Part shown: positions 40,588-50,692 of the stretch, in pieces
Layout: each line of letters opens with the position of its first letter
Position numbering within the stretch: the first letter of the stretch is position 1
Assembly: GCA_052279835.1 (NCBI GenBank)
Contig: CP181291.1
Location: 1,248,001 to 1,312,000, forward strand
Source: Microcoleus sp.
Lineage (GTDB): Bacteria > Cyanobacteriota > Cyanobacteriia > Cyanobacteriales > Microcoleaceae
Direction: 5' to 3'
DNA: 64,000 nt
Program-made: the position numbers and the translations under genes
Notes under the pieces: generated by a model
Told to the model about the DNA's origin: nothing
The model's input: only the letters and a program-made list of their open reading frames with translations
Databases searched by the model: none

Positions 40588-43144
40588 ATGAGCCGGATTT
40601 TGGTTTTGCTCGATCGCCACCAACAACCTTTGCCGATACAATGCCTCAACAGCAAACACGAGGTGTTTGCACCCGATAGCGCGACCAGCGCCAACTCTGC
40701 TGTCGAAATGGGCAACATCCCTTTTGACTTGTGCATTCTAGACGAGTCAAATTTCGATCGCATCGGCTCCCTTGTCGCCACCTTAAAAACAGCATCGGCA
40801 CCCCTGTTTTTACCGTTTTTGCTGGTTAGCCAAGGCAGAAATTCTGCTGATACAGATTTGCCATTTCTGCTGACCCCAGAACAACTTGAAGGCAGAATCG
40901 ACGATTTGCTCCTTAGTCCTTTCCTTCCCACAGAACTCCACTTTCGGGTGGAAAATTTGTTGGCCCGTCGCCACTTGTCCCTAGAACTCCACAGGATTCA
41001 GGAAGTAGTTAAAGAACGGAACGTTGCTGAAAATGTGTTGATTGAATCTCTGCAAGCAAGCAACGAAAATCTGCAACGGGAAATCGACAAGCGGGTGGAG
41101 GTAGAAGCCACTCTGCGATCGAATTCCTATCTCGATTCTCTGATGAATGCGATGCCAGATATTGTCTGTTTCAAAGATGCCCAGGGCCGATGGCAAGAAG
41201 CAAATCAAGCTATACTCGAACTGTTCGAGCTTTCGTGCGATGAATATCGCGGACTCAAAGACTCTCAACTAGGAGAACTCAGCACCTTTTATCGGGAAGC
41301 TTTGGCCGCCTGCGAAGTTAGCGATCGAGAAGCATGGCATAAAGGTAGTGTTTCTAGGGGTGAAGAAGTGATTCCCCGATCGGACGGTACGATTAAAATC
41401 TACGACGTCATTAAAATACCCTTATTTTACCCAGACGGCAAGCGCAAAAGTCTTGTGATTTTGGGCCGCGACATCACCGAACACAAGCAAGCTAGAGATG
41501 AACTGGTCCGCTTGGCTTCTATTGTTGAGTCTTCTGACGATGGCATCATCGGCAAATCCCTCACCGGGACAATTATGAGCTGGAATGCAGGAGCCGAAAA
41601 TATTTATGGCTATGCGGCGACAGAAGTCAAGGGCCAGTCGATCGAGATTTTAGCCATACCCTCACGCCCCAACGAAATGTCACAAATTCTAGCAAACATT
41701 CGGGCGGGAGCCACTATCGACCATTATGAAACCCTTCATTTACGCAAAGACGGCAAAGAAATAGATGTTTCCCTGACTATTTCTGCGATTAAAGATACCA
41801 CAGGAGCAGTCACCGGGGTTTCGACTATTGCCAGAGATATCAGCGACAGTAAGCGAGTTGAAAAAGCCCTGGAACAACTCCGCCATCAAAATGAATTGAT
41901 TCTTTTCTCCGCAGGAGAAGGTATTTGTGGATTGAATAAAGAGGGAAATGTTACTTTTGTCAATCCGGCAGCGGTGAGAATGGCTGGCTGTCAATCCAAG
42001 GAACTGATCGATCGACCGCTTTATGAAACCATACATCCGAGACAGGAGGACTGCCCACAGGCGATCGACCACAATTCATCTACACAAATCAATGCGGCTT
42101 CTAATTTTCCCACCTCCACCACACCCACTGTGGATCGACTCCTTCCCAATCAAATAAACAGTCAAATTCTCGCAACCTTGCAAGACGGAGAGGCGCGCCG
42201 CGTCACTAACGAGGTGTTTTGTCGCCGAGATGGCACGAGTTTTCCGGTTGAGTACGTCGTGGCTCCCATGCGAGAACAAGGCAAAATCATCGGAGCTGTG
42301 GTGACATTTAAGGATATCACCGATCGCCTTGCTGTCGAACGGATGAAAGATGAATTCATTTCCGTTGTCAGCCACGAACTGCGGACACCCATGACTTCGA
42401 TTCACGGAGCCCTCACCCTCCTCAACAGTGGTGTCCTCGACAATGAACCGGAAAAAGCCAAACGGATGCAATCGATTGCCGTGACTAACACAGAACGTTT
42501 GGTACGCTTAATCAATGACATCCTCGATTTAGAACGAATGGAGTCTAGTTATCACAAAGCGGTTAAGCAAACTTGCAATGTGGCAGAAACTGATGCTTCA
42601 GGCTGTGGACGAGATGCAGGGAATGGCTGACCAGGCGGGAGTTATACTGTCCGTGGTTCCTGTGAGTGCTCCATTGCGGGCTGTTCCCGATCGCATAATT
42701 CAAACCTTGACTAACTTGCTCAGCAATGCTATTAAATTTTCCTCCGAGGGCGCTACCATTTGGCTGAGCGCCCAATTGCAGCCAAATCACGATGGGGCAA
42801 AAAAAGCTGGGATCAAGTCAGTTTCGTCTCCTGATTGTGCGATCGCCGATGGGAACTTGCCCATGTCCTCACAGGAAATCCTGATTGCCGTGAAAGACCG
42901 AGGTAGGGGAATTCCAGCAGATAAACTGGAAATGATCTTTGAACGCTTCCAACAGGTTGATGCTTCAGATTCTCGACAAAAGGGTGGGACAGGTTTGGGC
43001 CTGGCTATTTGTCGCAGTATCGTGCAACAACACGGTGGCAGAATTTGGGTGGACAGCGTTTTGGGGGAGGGTAGCACTTTTTTCTTAAGTTTCCCAGTTT
43101 TAACAGATGCAGAAAGTCCCAGGAAGGTAGAAAATAGAAGATAG
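40588..43144 (+). CDS. Multi-PAS sensor histidine kinase with a degenerate N-terminal receiver, apparent +1 frameshift at about 42588
   Basis: Three PAS domains and H-box VSHELRTP; NAIKFS, DRGRG and GGTGLGL in the next frame. Confidence 0.88.
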
Positions 43145-43284
43145 AAAATTTAGAGTAAAATCTTTATATTTCAGGATAAATACGTAGAATGAGAAATAAT
43201 GAATTTTTTTAAATTGCACTCCGTACTTTACACAAAATTCATATTTAAGTTCTAGTCTCAGATCAGTTCTTAATTTAAAAAAAA

Positions 43285-43677
43285 ATGTTTATTGTGGCAG
43301 CAAAACGCATATTGATTATTGATGATGCCGAAGATATTCGGGAAGTCGCTCAAGTCAGTCTCGAAGTCGTCGGGGGCTGGGAAGTGCTGACAGCTAGTTC
43401 TGGTATCGAGGGTGTTGCTAAGGCAGTCGCCCAACAGCCTGATGCTATTCTTTTAGACGTGATGATGCCCGACCAAGACGGACCTACTACTTTTTTACAA
43501 TTGCAAGCCAATAGTGCTACGCAGCACATTCCCGTAATTTTACTGACGGCGAAGGCTTTGGCAGGGGACAGGCGGATGTTTGCGGATTTGGGGGTAGTAA
43601 GTGTAATTGCTAAGCCTTTTGAACCGATGTCTTTAGCAAGTCAGGTAGCTCAAGTTTTAGGATGGGATCGATCCTAG
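43285..43677 (+). CDS. Single-domain response regulator (CheY-like)
   Basis: ILIIDD, ILLDVMMP, LTAK, IAKPF. Confidence 0.93.
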   Translation: MFIVAAKRILIIDDAEDIREVAQVSLEVVGGWEVLTASSGIEGVAKAVAQQPDAILLDVMMPDQDGPTTFLQLQANSATQHIPVILLTAKALAGDRRMFADLGVVSVIAKPFEPMSLASQVAQVLGWDRS

Positions 43678-43878
43678 GGCGATCGGACATTGAGCTTTGT
43701 AGCCTCGACAACAAATTATTCCTGCTTAGTTTGAAAAAGAATATAAACTGGCAGGAGTATTTGACTTTTTGTGAATTCTTGTCGTTCTTCATCAGTTCTT
43801 CAGGTTTTAGTTTTAAGTTTAAACCATTCGTCAGGGATCACCCCTGAATTTGGACAAACACCTTGGGAGATGACGACT

Positions 43879-44097
43879 ATGCCCTCAGCCTACATTTTAC
43901 TACTGATAGTTTCTCTAGCCGCCATCTGGGTCTATTGGCAAACCTCTCAAGATATTTTTGTCCTCGTGGCTTTGGCTGGACTCGGCTGTTTTATTTGGGG
44001 CTTCTCTTGTGCTCCTTGGCTCGTTCAACTTCTCATCGTCTTGCTACTCTTGGGCCTCCAAAAGCTTTACTTGGGAGACACTAAAAGTTGCGAGTGA
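43879..44097 (+). CDS. Small membrane protein (about three TM helices)
   Basis: Highly hydrophobic 72 aa, APWLVQLLI motif, GGAGA RBS. Confidence 0.6.
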   Translation: MPSAYILLLIVSLAAIWVYWQTSQDIFVLVALAGLGCFIWGFSCAPWLVQLLIVLLLLGLQKLYLGDTKSCE

Positions 44098-44193
44098 AAC
44101 CAGCTTTTAGTAATGGCATCTGGACTGAGGACGAACTCAGCATTAGTATAGAATTAATTCTCGATCTACTTGTTAAAAAAGGTTTAAAAAATC

Positions 44194-44406
44194 ATGAATA
44201 GTTGCCCTTGTTGCTCATCTCAATTACTCAGACACGCTCGCCAAAATCGCATTTACTGGTTTTGTTCGCACTGTTGGGAAGAAATGCCAGATCTTTCAGA
44301 GATGATTTTACGTGACAGACAGCGGACTAGCAAAATCGACAGTTTAGTGAAAGTCTCTGCTTTGATGCCAAAATTGACAGTTTTGGCATCCGTGGAAATT
44401 GCTTAG
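44194..44406 (+). CDS. Small zinc-ribbon protein
   Basis: CPCCS.QLLRH.R...IYWFCSHCWEEMP. Confidence 0.75.
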   Translation: MNSCPCCSSQLLRHARQNRIYWFCSHCWEEMPDLSEMILRDRQRTSKIDSLVKVSALMPKLTVLASVEIA

Positions 44407-44491
44407 TTGGTTGCGACTTCTCAGCATTAAAAATTAGTAAAATAATTTTTTTTAGTAGTTAAGTAGGCTATTTTTTTTAAATAAAAATTTT

Positions 44492-44524
44492 AAAGCCTCC
44501 TTTCGTATTGGTGAAGGAGGCTTT
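44492..44524. terminator. Bidirectional intrinsic terminator
   Basis: AAAGCCTCCTT ... AAGGAGGCTTTT between converging genes. Confidence 0.65.
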
Positions 44525-44566
44525 TCGATGGGGCGATACAGGCCAGAACTAAATATTTAGGTCTGA

Positions 44567-44710
44567 TTACATCAAACCGATTTGAGAGAGAATACCTTGA
44601 CCGGTGAGATATTCAGTAGCTAGGCCAATAACAAAGCCCAGCATCGCCAAACGACCATTCCAGGTTTCGGCAAACTCAGTGAAGCCAACTTTTGCATCTT
44701 TGTTTTCCAT
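44567..44710 (-). CDS. hli: High-light inducible protein (Hlip/SCP, 47 aa), not in the ORF track
   Basis: MENKDAKVGFTEFAETWNGRLAMLGFVIGLATEYLTGQGILSQIGLM* with the ExxNGRxAMxG chlorophyll-binding motif. Confidence 0.95.
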   Translation of the reverse strand: MENKDAKVGFTEFAETWNGRLAMLGFVIGLATEYLTGQGILSQIGLM

Positions 44711-44738
44711 GACCACAAACCTCGTTTAATTTCAACCT

Positions 44739-44756
44739 TATGTAAACTAATGTAAC
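44739..44756 (-). promoter_or_regulatory. HLR1 (RpaB-binding) direct repeat upstream of hli
   Basis: Minus strand GTTACATT-AG-TTTACATA matches (G/T)TTACA(T/A)(T/A)-N2 repeat. Confidence 0.85.
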
Positions 44757-44819
44757 AGCTCGCTCCAAAAAATGCAACATATTTTTACAATTTATTTTGA
44801 GAACTTACCTCTGGGAGCC

Positions 44820-44886
44820 AGAAACCGGGTTTTTTAGGAGAATACTTCGTTACAGCCCATAGATTCTGCAAAAAACCCGGTTTCTT
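44820..44886. repeat. Dispersed inverted repeat (AGAAACCGGGTTTT...AAAACCCGGTTTCT), with a degenerate second arm at about 44905
   Basis: Read directly from the sequence. Confidence 0.75.
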
Positions 44887-45176
44887 TTGCTTGTACCTGG
44901 GCCCAGAAACCGCGTTTGTGCGACAATACCTCAATACATCGTTACAACTAAGATGTTGCACCATGCTCAAAAACTTGTATGGGCGGGCCATGCCCAAGGG
45001 TTCAGCAATAGCTTTCAAGGCTGCAAACAGGTTAAATAAACCCGCCCTCACCTACCAAAAAGCCCATGATTGACACTGGGCTTAACACATAGATTTAATC
45101 TAGCTTAGCTGTATGCTCCGAAAAATTAATAACCTTTAATGTAGCAACAAGAAAGAAATTTCGGGAAAAACAACAG

Positions 45177-46376
45177 ATGGCGATTACCAATCACGAAAGA
45201 GTTACCAGAGCTTTAAATCTTCTAAGTCAAGGATTATATCCTTATTTCCAGCAGGAGATGCAGAAAGTACACGGCGATGACTGGCTGACAGTGGCAACAT
45301 CATATCTCCCTGAACACCAAACCTCAAAGCGCAATGTGGCAGACATTCTGCGTGATGATGTTTCTGCACCACTGATAGTCATGTCAAAACAGTGGGATAA
45401 AGTCTTCAAAAAAAACCTAGGTCAAGCCGAACGCACTCTAGTGAGTGAGCTGATAAATGCGCGCAACCAATGGGCTCACCAATCTAGTATTTCTATAGAT
45501 GATACCTATCGAGCTCTCGACAGAATTGCCATATTTCTCAAGGCTGTATCTCCATCAAATGCAGATATTAAAGAACTCGAAAAGCAAAAAAAAGAAGTTG
45601 TACGAATTCTTTATCAAGAGGAAAACCGTCACGAAACTCGAAGTTCTGCTGCTGAAGAATCTCGATGTAGAGAAAGTTTAGCAGAATTACTAGAAACATT
45701 AAATTTTCAGGATGCTTCTCTGTTAAACCAGGCACTTACTCATCGCTCCTACCTTTACGAAAATCCGAGAAAAGTAAGCGAAGACAATGAGCTACTAGAG
45801 TTTCTCGGTGATGCTTTGTTAACTTTTTTGAGTGCTAAGTATCTCTATCGTGATTACTCTGATAAAAGTGAGGGTGAACTGACTTATATACGTTCTGCGT
45901 TAGTAGATAAGGCGCAGCTAGCAAAGTTTGCGATCGAGTTAGACATTGGCAAATGGATGCGGTTAAGCCAAGGTGCAGTAACAAGTGGAGGAAGTACGAA
46001 TAACACCCTGCTTAGTAATACTTTTGAAGCTATAATTGGCGCGTACTTTCTCGATTCTGGTATTGAGGTTGTCAGTGAGTTTGTAGATCCGCTATTCACT
46101 TCAGTAGTTAAAAACTTATTGTCTTCTACCCCTCAAATAGATTCCAAACACCTTGTAGATTCAAAAAATCGGTTTCAGGAATGGGTCCATCGCAATATCG
46201 GGTCAATTCCCCCTCAATACATCATAATTAATGAGGTTGGTCCTAGTCATGCCAAAGAATTTACTGTTGAATTGCGCGTGAATGATAAACTATACGGTCA
46301 AGCTACAGCTAACAGTAAAAAAGAAGCTGAAAAGCTTGCTGCTGAAGCTGCATTAAAAAGAATAAAGGTAATTTAA
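45177..46376 (+). CDS. Swt1-like HEPN domain fused to RNase III catalytic domain and dsRBD
   Basis: N-terminal MAITNHERV..AL.LL and RNQWAH (R-x4-H); then ALTHRSY, NELLEFLGDA, SNTFEAIIGA and dsRBD (KNRFQEW...GPSHAKEF...SKKEAEKLAA). Confidence 0.85.
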   Translation: MAITNHERVTRALNLLSQGLYPYFQQEMQKVHGDDWLTVATSYLPEHQTSKRNVADILRDDVSAPLIVMSKQWDKVFKKNLGQAERTLVSELINARNQWAHQSSISIDDTYRALDRIAIFLKAVSPSNADIKELEKQKKEVVRILYQEENRHETRSSAAEESRCRESLAELLETLNFQDASLLNQALTHRSYLYENPRKVSEDNELLEFLGDALLTFLSAKYLYRDYSDKSEGELTYIRSALVDKAQLAKFAIELDIGKWMRLSQGAVTSGGSTNNTLLSNTFEAIIGAYFLDSGIEVVSEFVDPLFTSVVKNLLSSTPQIDSKHLVDSKNRFQEWVHRNIGSIPPQYIIINEVGPSHAKEFTVELRVNDKLYGQATANSKKEAEKLAAEAALKRIKVI

Positions 46377-46416
46377 ACACATTTTCCCTACAATTAAGCT
46401 GAATAAACAAACAAAA

Positions 46417-47112
46417 ATGCCAAAACTTCCAAAATTTAAAAATGAATCACTTCTCATTCATGCGCTGACTCACCGTTCCTACGTTAACGAATACCCAGAA
46501 GCAGGCGAACACAACGAACGACTAGAATTTCTCGGCGATGCACTGCTAGGTTATCTAGTAGGCGAAATTTTGTACAAGCGCTATGAAGATTTTAGCGAAG
46601 CTCAATTAACTCGCTTACGCTCTGGATTAGTCGATCAGAATCAACTAGCCAAGTTAGCTGAACAACTAGGTATAGGTAAGTTAATGCGCCTGGGAAAAGG
46701 GGCAGAACAAGATAAAGGTCGCCAAAATCCTTCTTTACTTGGCGATACTTTTGAAGCCATCATTGGAGCGTATTATCTCGACTCAACTATTACACCTGTC
46801 CGAACTTTTGTTAAAAAACTGTTTGTTCCAATTGCTGATAGTATGATTTATCCTCAGTCTGATGCTGAGCAAAAAAACCTTGTAGACTCAAAAAACCGCT
46901 TTCAGGAATGGGTACAAGCCAACGGTGACACCACTCCTCCCAAATACGTGACAATCCAAGCAGGAGGCGCACCTCATGCTCCTGAATTTCTTGCTAAAGT
47001 TTATGTCGCAGATAAATCCTATGGAGAAGGTAAAGGTAAAAGTAAAAAAGATGCTGAAAAAAATGCAGCGGAAGATGCACTAGCTAAGCTCAAAAAACGC
47101 GGGCTTATCTAA
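46417..47112 (+). CDS. rnc: Ribonuclease III
   Basis: ALTHRSY, NERLEFLGDA, GDTFEAIIGA, C-terminal dsRBD. Confidence 0.93.
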   Translation: MPKLPKFKNESLLIHALTHRSYVNEYPEAGEHNERLEFLGDALLGYLVGEILYKRYEDFSEAQLTRLRSGLVDQNQLAKLAEQLGIGKLMRLGKGAEQDKGRQNPSLLGDTFEAIIGAYYLDSTITPVRTFVKKLFVPIADSMIYPQSDAEQKNLVDSKNRFQEWVQANGDTTPPKYVTIQAGGAPHAPEFLAKVYVADKSYGEGKGKSKKDAEKNAAEDALAKLKKRGLI

Positions 47113-47145
47113 ACTTTAAAAAAACGGTAAAAACTCGTATTTTGA

Positions 47146-48081
47146 CTAAAACCACCTTTTCTTTCTTAAAGTTGAAGCTTTTTCAGCTATCCGAATTAAA
47201 TCGGTCGGCGACATATCCTTGCTCACTGTCATGCGAGAAATGCGATAGTTATTTCTCAATCGGCTGACTCTTAACAAATTATCATCATACAAAAACCCAG
47301 TTAAATGATATTTAGGTAAAATGCTTTCCACTTCTCTATCTGATGCACCGTAGGGATAGGCTATATGAGCACCGACAAGTTTATTTTTGTCTAAATTGCT
47401 CATACATTTTCTCAAAATTAACTTAGATTTAGAAATTTCTAATTCTAAATTTTTCCCATTCAGGGTAGTTAAATTTTTGTGGCTGAATCCGTGAGATTGA
47501 ATATCATAAAAACCCTTTTTGTATCCCTCTCTTAAATCGTTGCAGCTAGTATGAGGTAAAAATTCTCCACCCATATCTACACCCAAAAAGTGTGGATTGA
47601 CAAACAGCACAAATTTACCCTTTTCTTTATAAATAAATGACAGTTTTTCGATCAGGGGTAGTGCATTTGTATGAACGCCTTTGTAGCCGTCGTCAAAGGT
47701 AATCATAATGGGTTTTTGACCTTCATGTTGAGGTGGTATTGGCTTGGATTTTTCAATAAAATATAGATACAAGTCTTGAGATGATAAAAACCAGTAGTTT
47801 TGTTCAACTAAGTATTCTAAGAATACTGCCAAATCTTGTTTCGTGTAGTCGGTTGAGAAAGCGTTTCTGTGAGGTGGCAATTCGGCGGGATTTTGAATGT
47901 CTACAATATCGTGAAAGCCCAGAATAGGAATTCTGACGAAATAAGATTCTACAGTCCATCCAGAAATGCCGATACTGATTAAAAATATCAGCACTAAATA
48001 AATAATTTGGGTTTTGTGTAGCAGTCGAAAAAGAAAGTTTAGCGGAATCTTTCCCTGCTTTAGCAATTGTTCGTTATTCAT
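47146..48081 (-). CDS. Polysaccharide deacetylase (CE4, IcaB-like) with N-terminal TM
   Basis: IPILGFH, ITFDDGY, QSHGFSH, AYPYG. Confidence 0.88.
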   Translation of the reverse strand: MNNEQLLKQGKIPLNFLFRLLHKTQIIYLVLIFLISIGISGWTVESYFVRIPILGFHDIVDIQNPAELPPHRNAFSTDYTKQDLAVFLEYLVEQNYWFLSSQDLYLYFIEKSKPIPPQHEGQKPIMITFDDGYKGVHTNALPLIEKLSFIYKEKGKFVLFVNPHFLGVDMGGEFLPHTSCNDLREGYKKGFYDIQSHGFSHKNLTTLNGKNLELEISKSKLILRKCMSNLDKNKLVGAHIAYPYGASDREVESILPKYHLTGFLYDDNLLRVSRLRNNYRISRMTVSKDMSPTDLIRIAEKASTLRKKRWF

Positions 48082-48316
48082 CGTCTCCTCACCAGTCTAT
48101 TGATTATTCATATTTACCATCAATGCAGCCAAATTCAGTAATATTAAGATAGTTTTTCCCGTTTTTTTGTAATTTAGTTAGACTTTCAAATACAGCCGAT
48201 CGCACAATGGTATAATCAACTGTGAACTGTCAACTGCCTGGCCGCTCAGCTTCGTCGAAGAGTCGAAGGACTTTGCGACGCTTCGCACGCGCCTACCGCC
48301 GCCTAGTCGAAGGATT

Positions 48317-48446
48317 TAATACCAATTTAATTGGTCGTTGCACATATCTCGATCCCCCTCGCATCCCCCACCCCCCCCAAGGGGGGAAAAAAGAGGGGGG
48401 CTAGGGCGAATCGAATTCTATGCAGCCTCATAAAAAATTGGTCTAA
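48317..48446. mobile_element. MITE-like element
   Basis: Ends TACCAATTT / AAATTGGT, TGCA arms, internal CCCCCCAAGGGGGG hairpin. Confidence 0.55.
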
Positions 48447-48485
48447 GGGTCAAACCTCAACCTTAAACTATCAACCATATAATTG

Positions 48486-48911
48486 ATGTCTACTCAAAAC
48501 CCGACTACCCTCTCCCTGGAAGAAGCACAACAAATTCTCAAAAATTTCACTTCTCTGGATATGCAATCTTTAGCATCGCCACTGCAAAAAGAAGAACTCC
48601 GTCAAGCTATTTTGCTGGTAGCGAGTTTGTCAGATTATCAAATGCTAGGAGTTTGCGCCTCTTCGACAGATGAAGGCTTTTTGGCTTTAAAAACTTATTT
48701 GACCGCTTTGGGATATCAACCTGTTTTAGACCCCAACTCTGTTACTTCATTTACCAGCTCTGTTTATATTAAGTTTAATACTTTGAAAGGTTCCTATTAT
48801 GTTGACAGCTATACGGGAACTTACCGTGGCGTTTTGGTTTCCTGTCAATCTGCTTCGGAATCAGGAATTAGCGAGACTTACGGTCATTTACCTCTCGATT
48901 TATTTGCTTAA
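48486..48911 (+). CDS. DUF1824-like protein
   Basis: SDYQMLGVCA...VYIKFN...YRGVLVSCQ...TYGHLPLDLF. Confidence 0.8.
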   Translation: MSTQNPTTLSLEEAQQILKNFTSLDMQSLASPLQKEELRQAILLVASLSDYQMLGVCASSTDEGFLALKTYLTALGYQPVLDPNSVTSFTSSVYIKFNTLKGSYYVDSYTGTYRGVLVSCQSASESGISETYGHLPLDLFA

Positions 48912-49008
48912 TTGGCAATGGGGAATTTGGCATTAGGCATGGTAACTAATTAACGACAGTTAACAGTTAACAGTCAATTTTTAACTGTCAACTGTCAACG
49001 GTAAGTTG

Positions 49009-50433
49009 TCAACTGTCCACGGTCAATTCTAGCTGTTCTTCCGGTGCAGATTCTTCCGGCGGTAGTCCCAAAACATCCCTGTACAACTCGACATATTTTC
49101 TGGCAGAAATATCCCAGCTAAAGTTTTCTCTCATGCCGCGCTGTTGCAGTTCTTTCCACTTATCTTTATAGCGGAAACCTTCCCAAGTTCGGATCATGCA
49201 GGTGAACAAGTCTAGGGGTTCGTAGCGATCGAAACAGTAACCAGTACCTGTATTATCGATCGGGTTGTTGTGCGACACCGTATCCACTAAACCGCCGGTA
49301 CGACGTACCATCGGCACACATCCATAGCGCAGCGCCAGCATTTGACTGATACCACAGGGCTCGAAACGACTCGGCATCAGGAATGTGTCGCAGCCTGCGT
49401 AAACGCGACGGGAGAGGGCTTCGTTGTAGAGTAATTGGGTGGACATCCGGCCTGGATAACGGGCTGTCATTTGCCAGAGTTGGGTTTCGTAGTAGCGATC
49501 GCCCGTTCCCAGTACAATAAATTGAGCGTCGGTATAGGCCATGAATCGATCGAGCATTTGGATAATCAAATCCAGCCCCTTCTGTTCCACCAGGCGACTC
49601 ACCATCCCAATTAAAAACGCATTTTTATTCACTTCCAAACCGACTTCTTCTTGCAGCGCAATTTTGTTGGGATAGCGCTTTTCAATAGTATCAGCACTGA
49701 ATTGTTGAGGAATGTACTTATCAGTTTCTGGGTTGTAAGATTCAGTATCAATCCCATTCAAAATTCCCGATACTTTCCCACCCAAAAAAGACAACAAACC
49801 TTCCAATCCTTCCCCATAACTAGGGGTTTTGATTTGCTCTGCATAAGTCGGTGACACTGTATTTACGCGATTGGCAAACTGTACGGCCGCGGCCATTGTA
49901 TTATGACCTTGCATATACCAAGGACACCAAGTCATCTCCTCCAAACGCCAGCGCCACGGTCCCTGATAAGCTAAATTGTGAATAGTAAAAACAGTGCTGA
50001 TATCAGGGTCTTGGTGCATCCAAACAGGTATCATTCCCGTATGCCAGTCGTGACAATGGATAATTTGTGGCTTCCAGTGATTCCAAGCAAATTCCGCCGC
50101 ACCATTAGCAAAGAAAGTAAACTTCCAATCTTCATCGACGCCACCATAAATGCGGCGAGTCGAGAAACAGGGATGTTTAAATAAATATAAAGGAACATCA
50201 GTTCCCGGCAAAACAGTTTCAAAGATGGAGAAGCTTTGGAACATGGCATCACCTTTCCAAACAGCTTCTTTGGGCACATCCATTTTGTCGGGGATGAAGC
50301 CATAATAGGGCATGAAGATGCGGACATCGTGACCCATGCGTCGCAGAAATTTAGGCAAAGCACCGACGACATCCCCCATACCGCCTACCTTGGCTAGGGG
50401 TGCTGCTTCGGCGGATACAAATAAAATTCGCAT
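49009..50433 (-). CDS. glgA: Glycogen synthase
   Basis: KVGGMGDV, HCHDWH, TIHNLAYQG, MPSRFEPCG, TGGLVDT. Confidence 0.96.
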   Translation of the reverse strand: MRILFVSAEAAPLAKVGGMGDVVGALPKFLRRMGHDVRIFMPYYGFIPDKMDVPKEAVWKGDAMFQSFSIFETVLPGTDVPLYLFKHPCFSTRRIYGGVDEDWKFTFFANGAAEFAWNHWKPQIIHCHDWHTGMIPVWMHQDPDISTVFTIHNLAYQGPWRWRLEEMTWCPWYMQGHNTMAAAVQFANRVNTVSPTYAEQIKTPSYGEGLEGLLSFLGGKVSGILNGIDTESYNPETDKYIPQQFSADTIEKRYPNKIALQEEVGLEVNKNAFLIGMVSRLVEQKGLDLIIQMLDRFMAYTDAQFIVLGTGDRYYETQLWQMTARYPGRMSTQLLYNEALSRRVYAGCDTFLMPSRFEPCGISQMLALRYGCVPMVRRTGGLVDTVSHNNPIDNTGTGYCFDRYEPLDLFTCMIRTWEGFRYKDKWKELQQRGMRENFSWDISARKYVELYRDVLGLPPEESAPEEQLELTVDS

Positions 50434-50692
50434 TATTTTTTTTGCGTTCCTTAAGATAGTTAGTCTAGATTAAGTTTAAATGGGTAGCGGCACAATATTA
50501 ACATGGAGCCGAAAAACAACTAAGTCAACCCATCTAATTAAACAGAATACTCACCGCCCCGACAACTGCTGCAAAAATCGGGGCTCTCACAAAAGAGGGT
50601 GGGGCGAGCGATCGTGTAAAATATTATTACAAAATTACTGTAAAGTAAAAATATAAATTTATTTGTTCTAGAAATACAACAGCCTCAACTAC

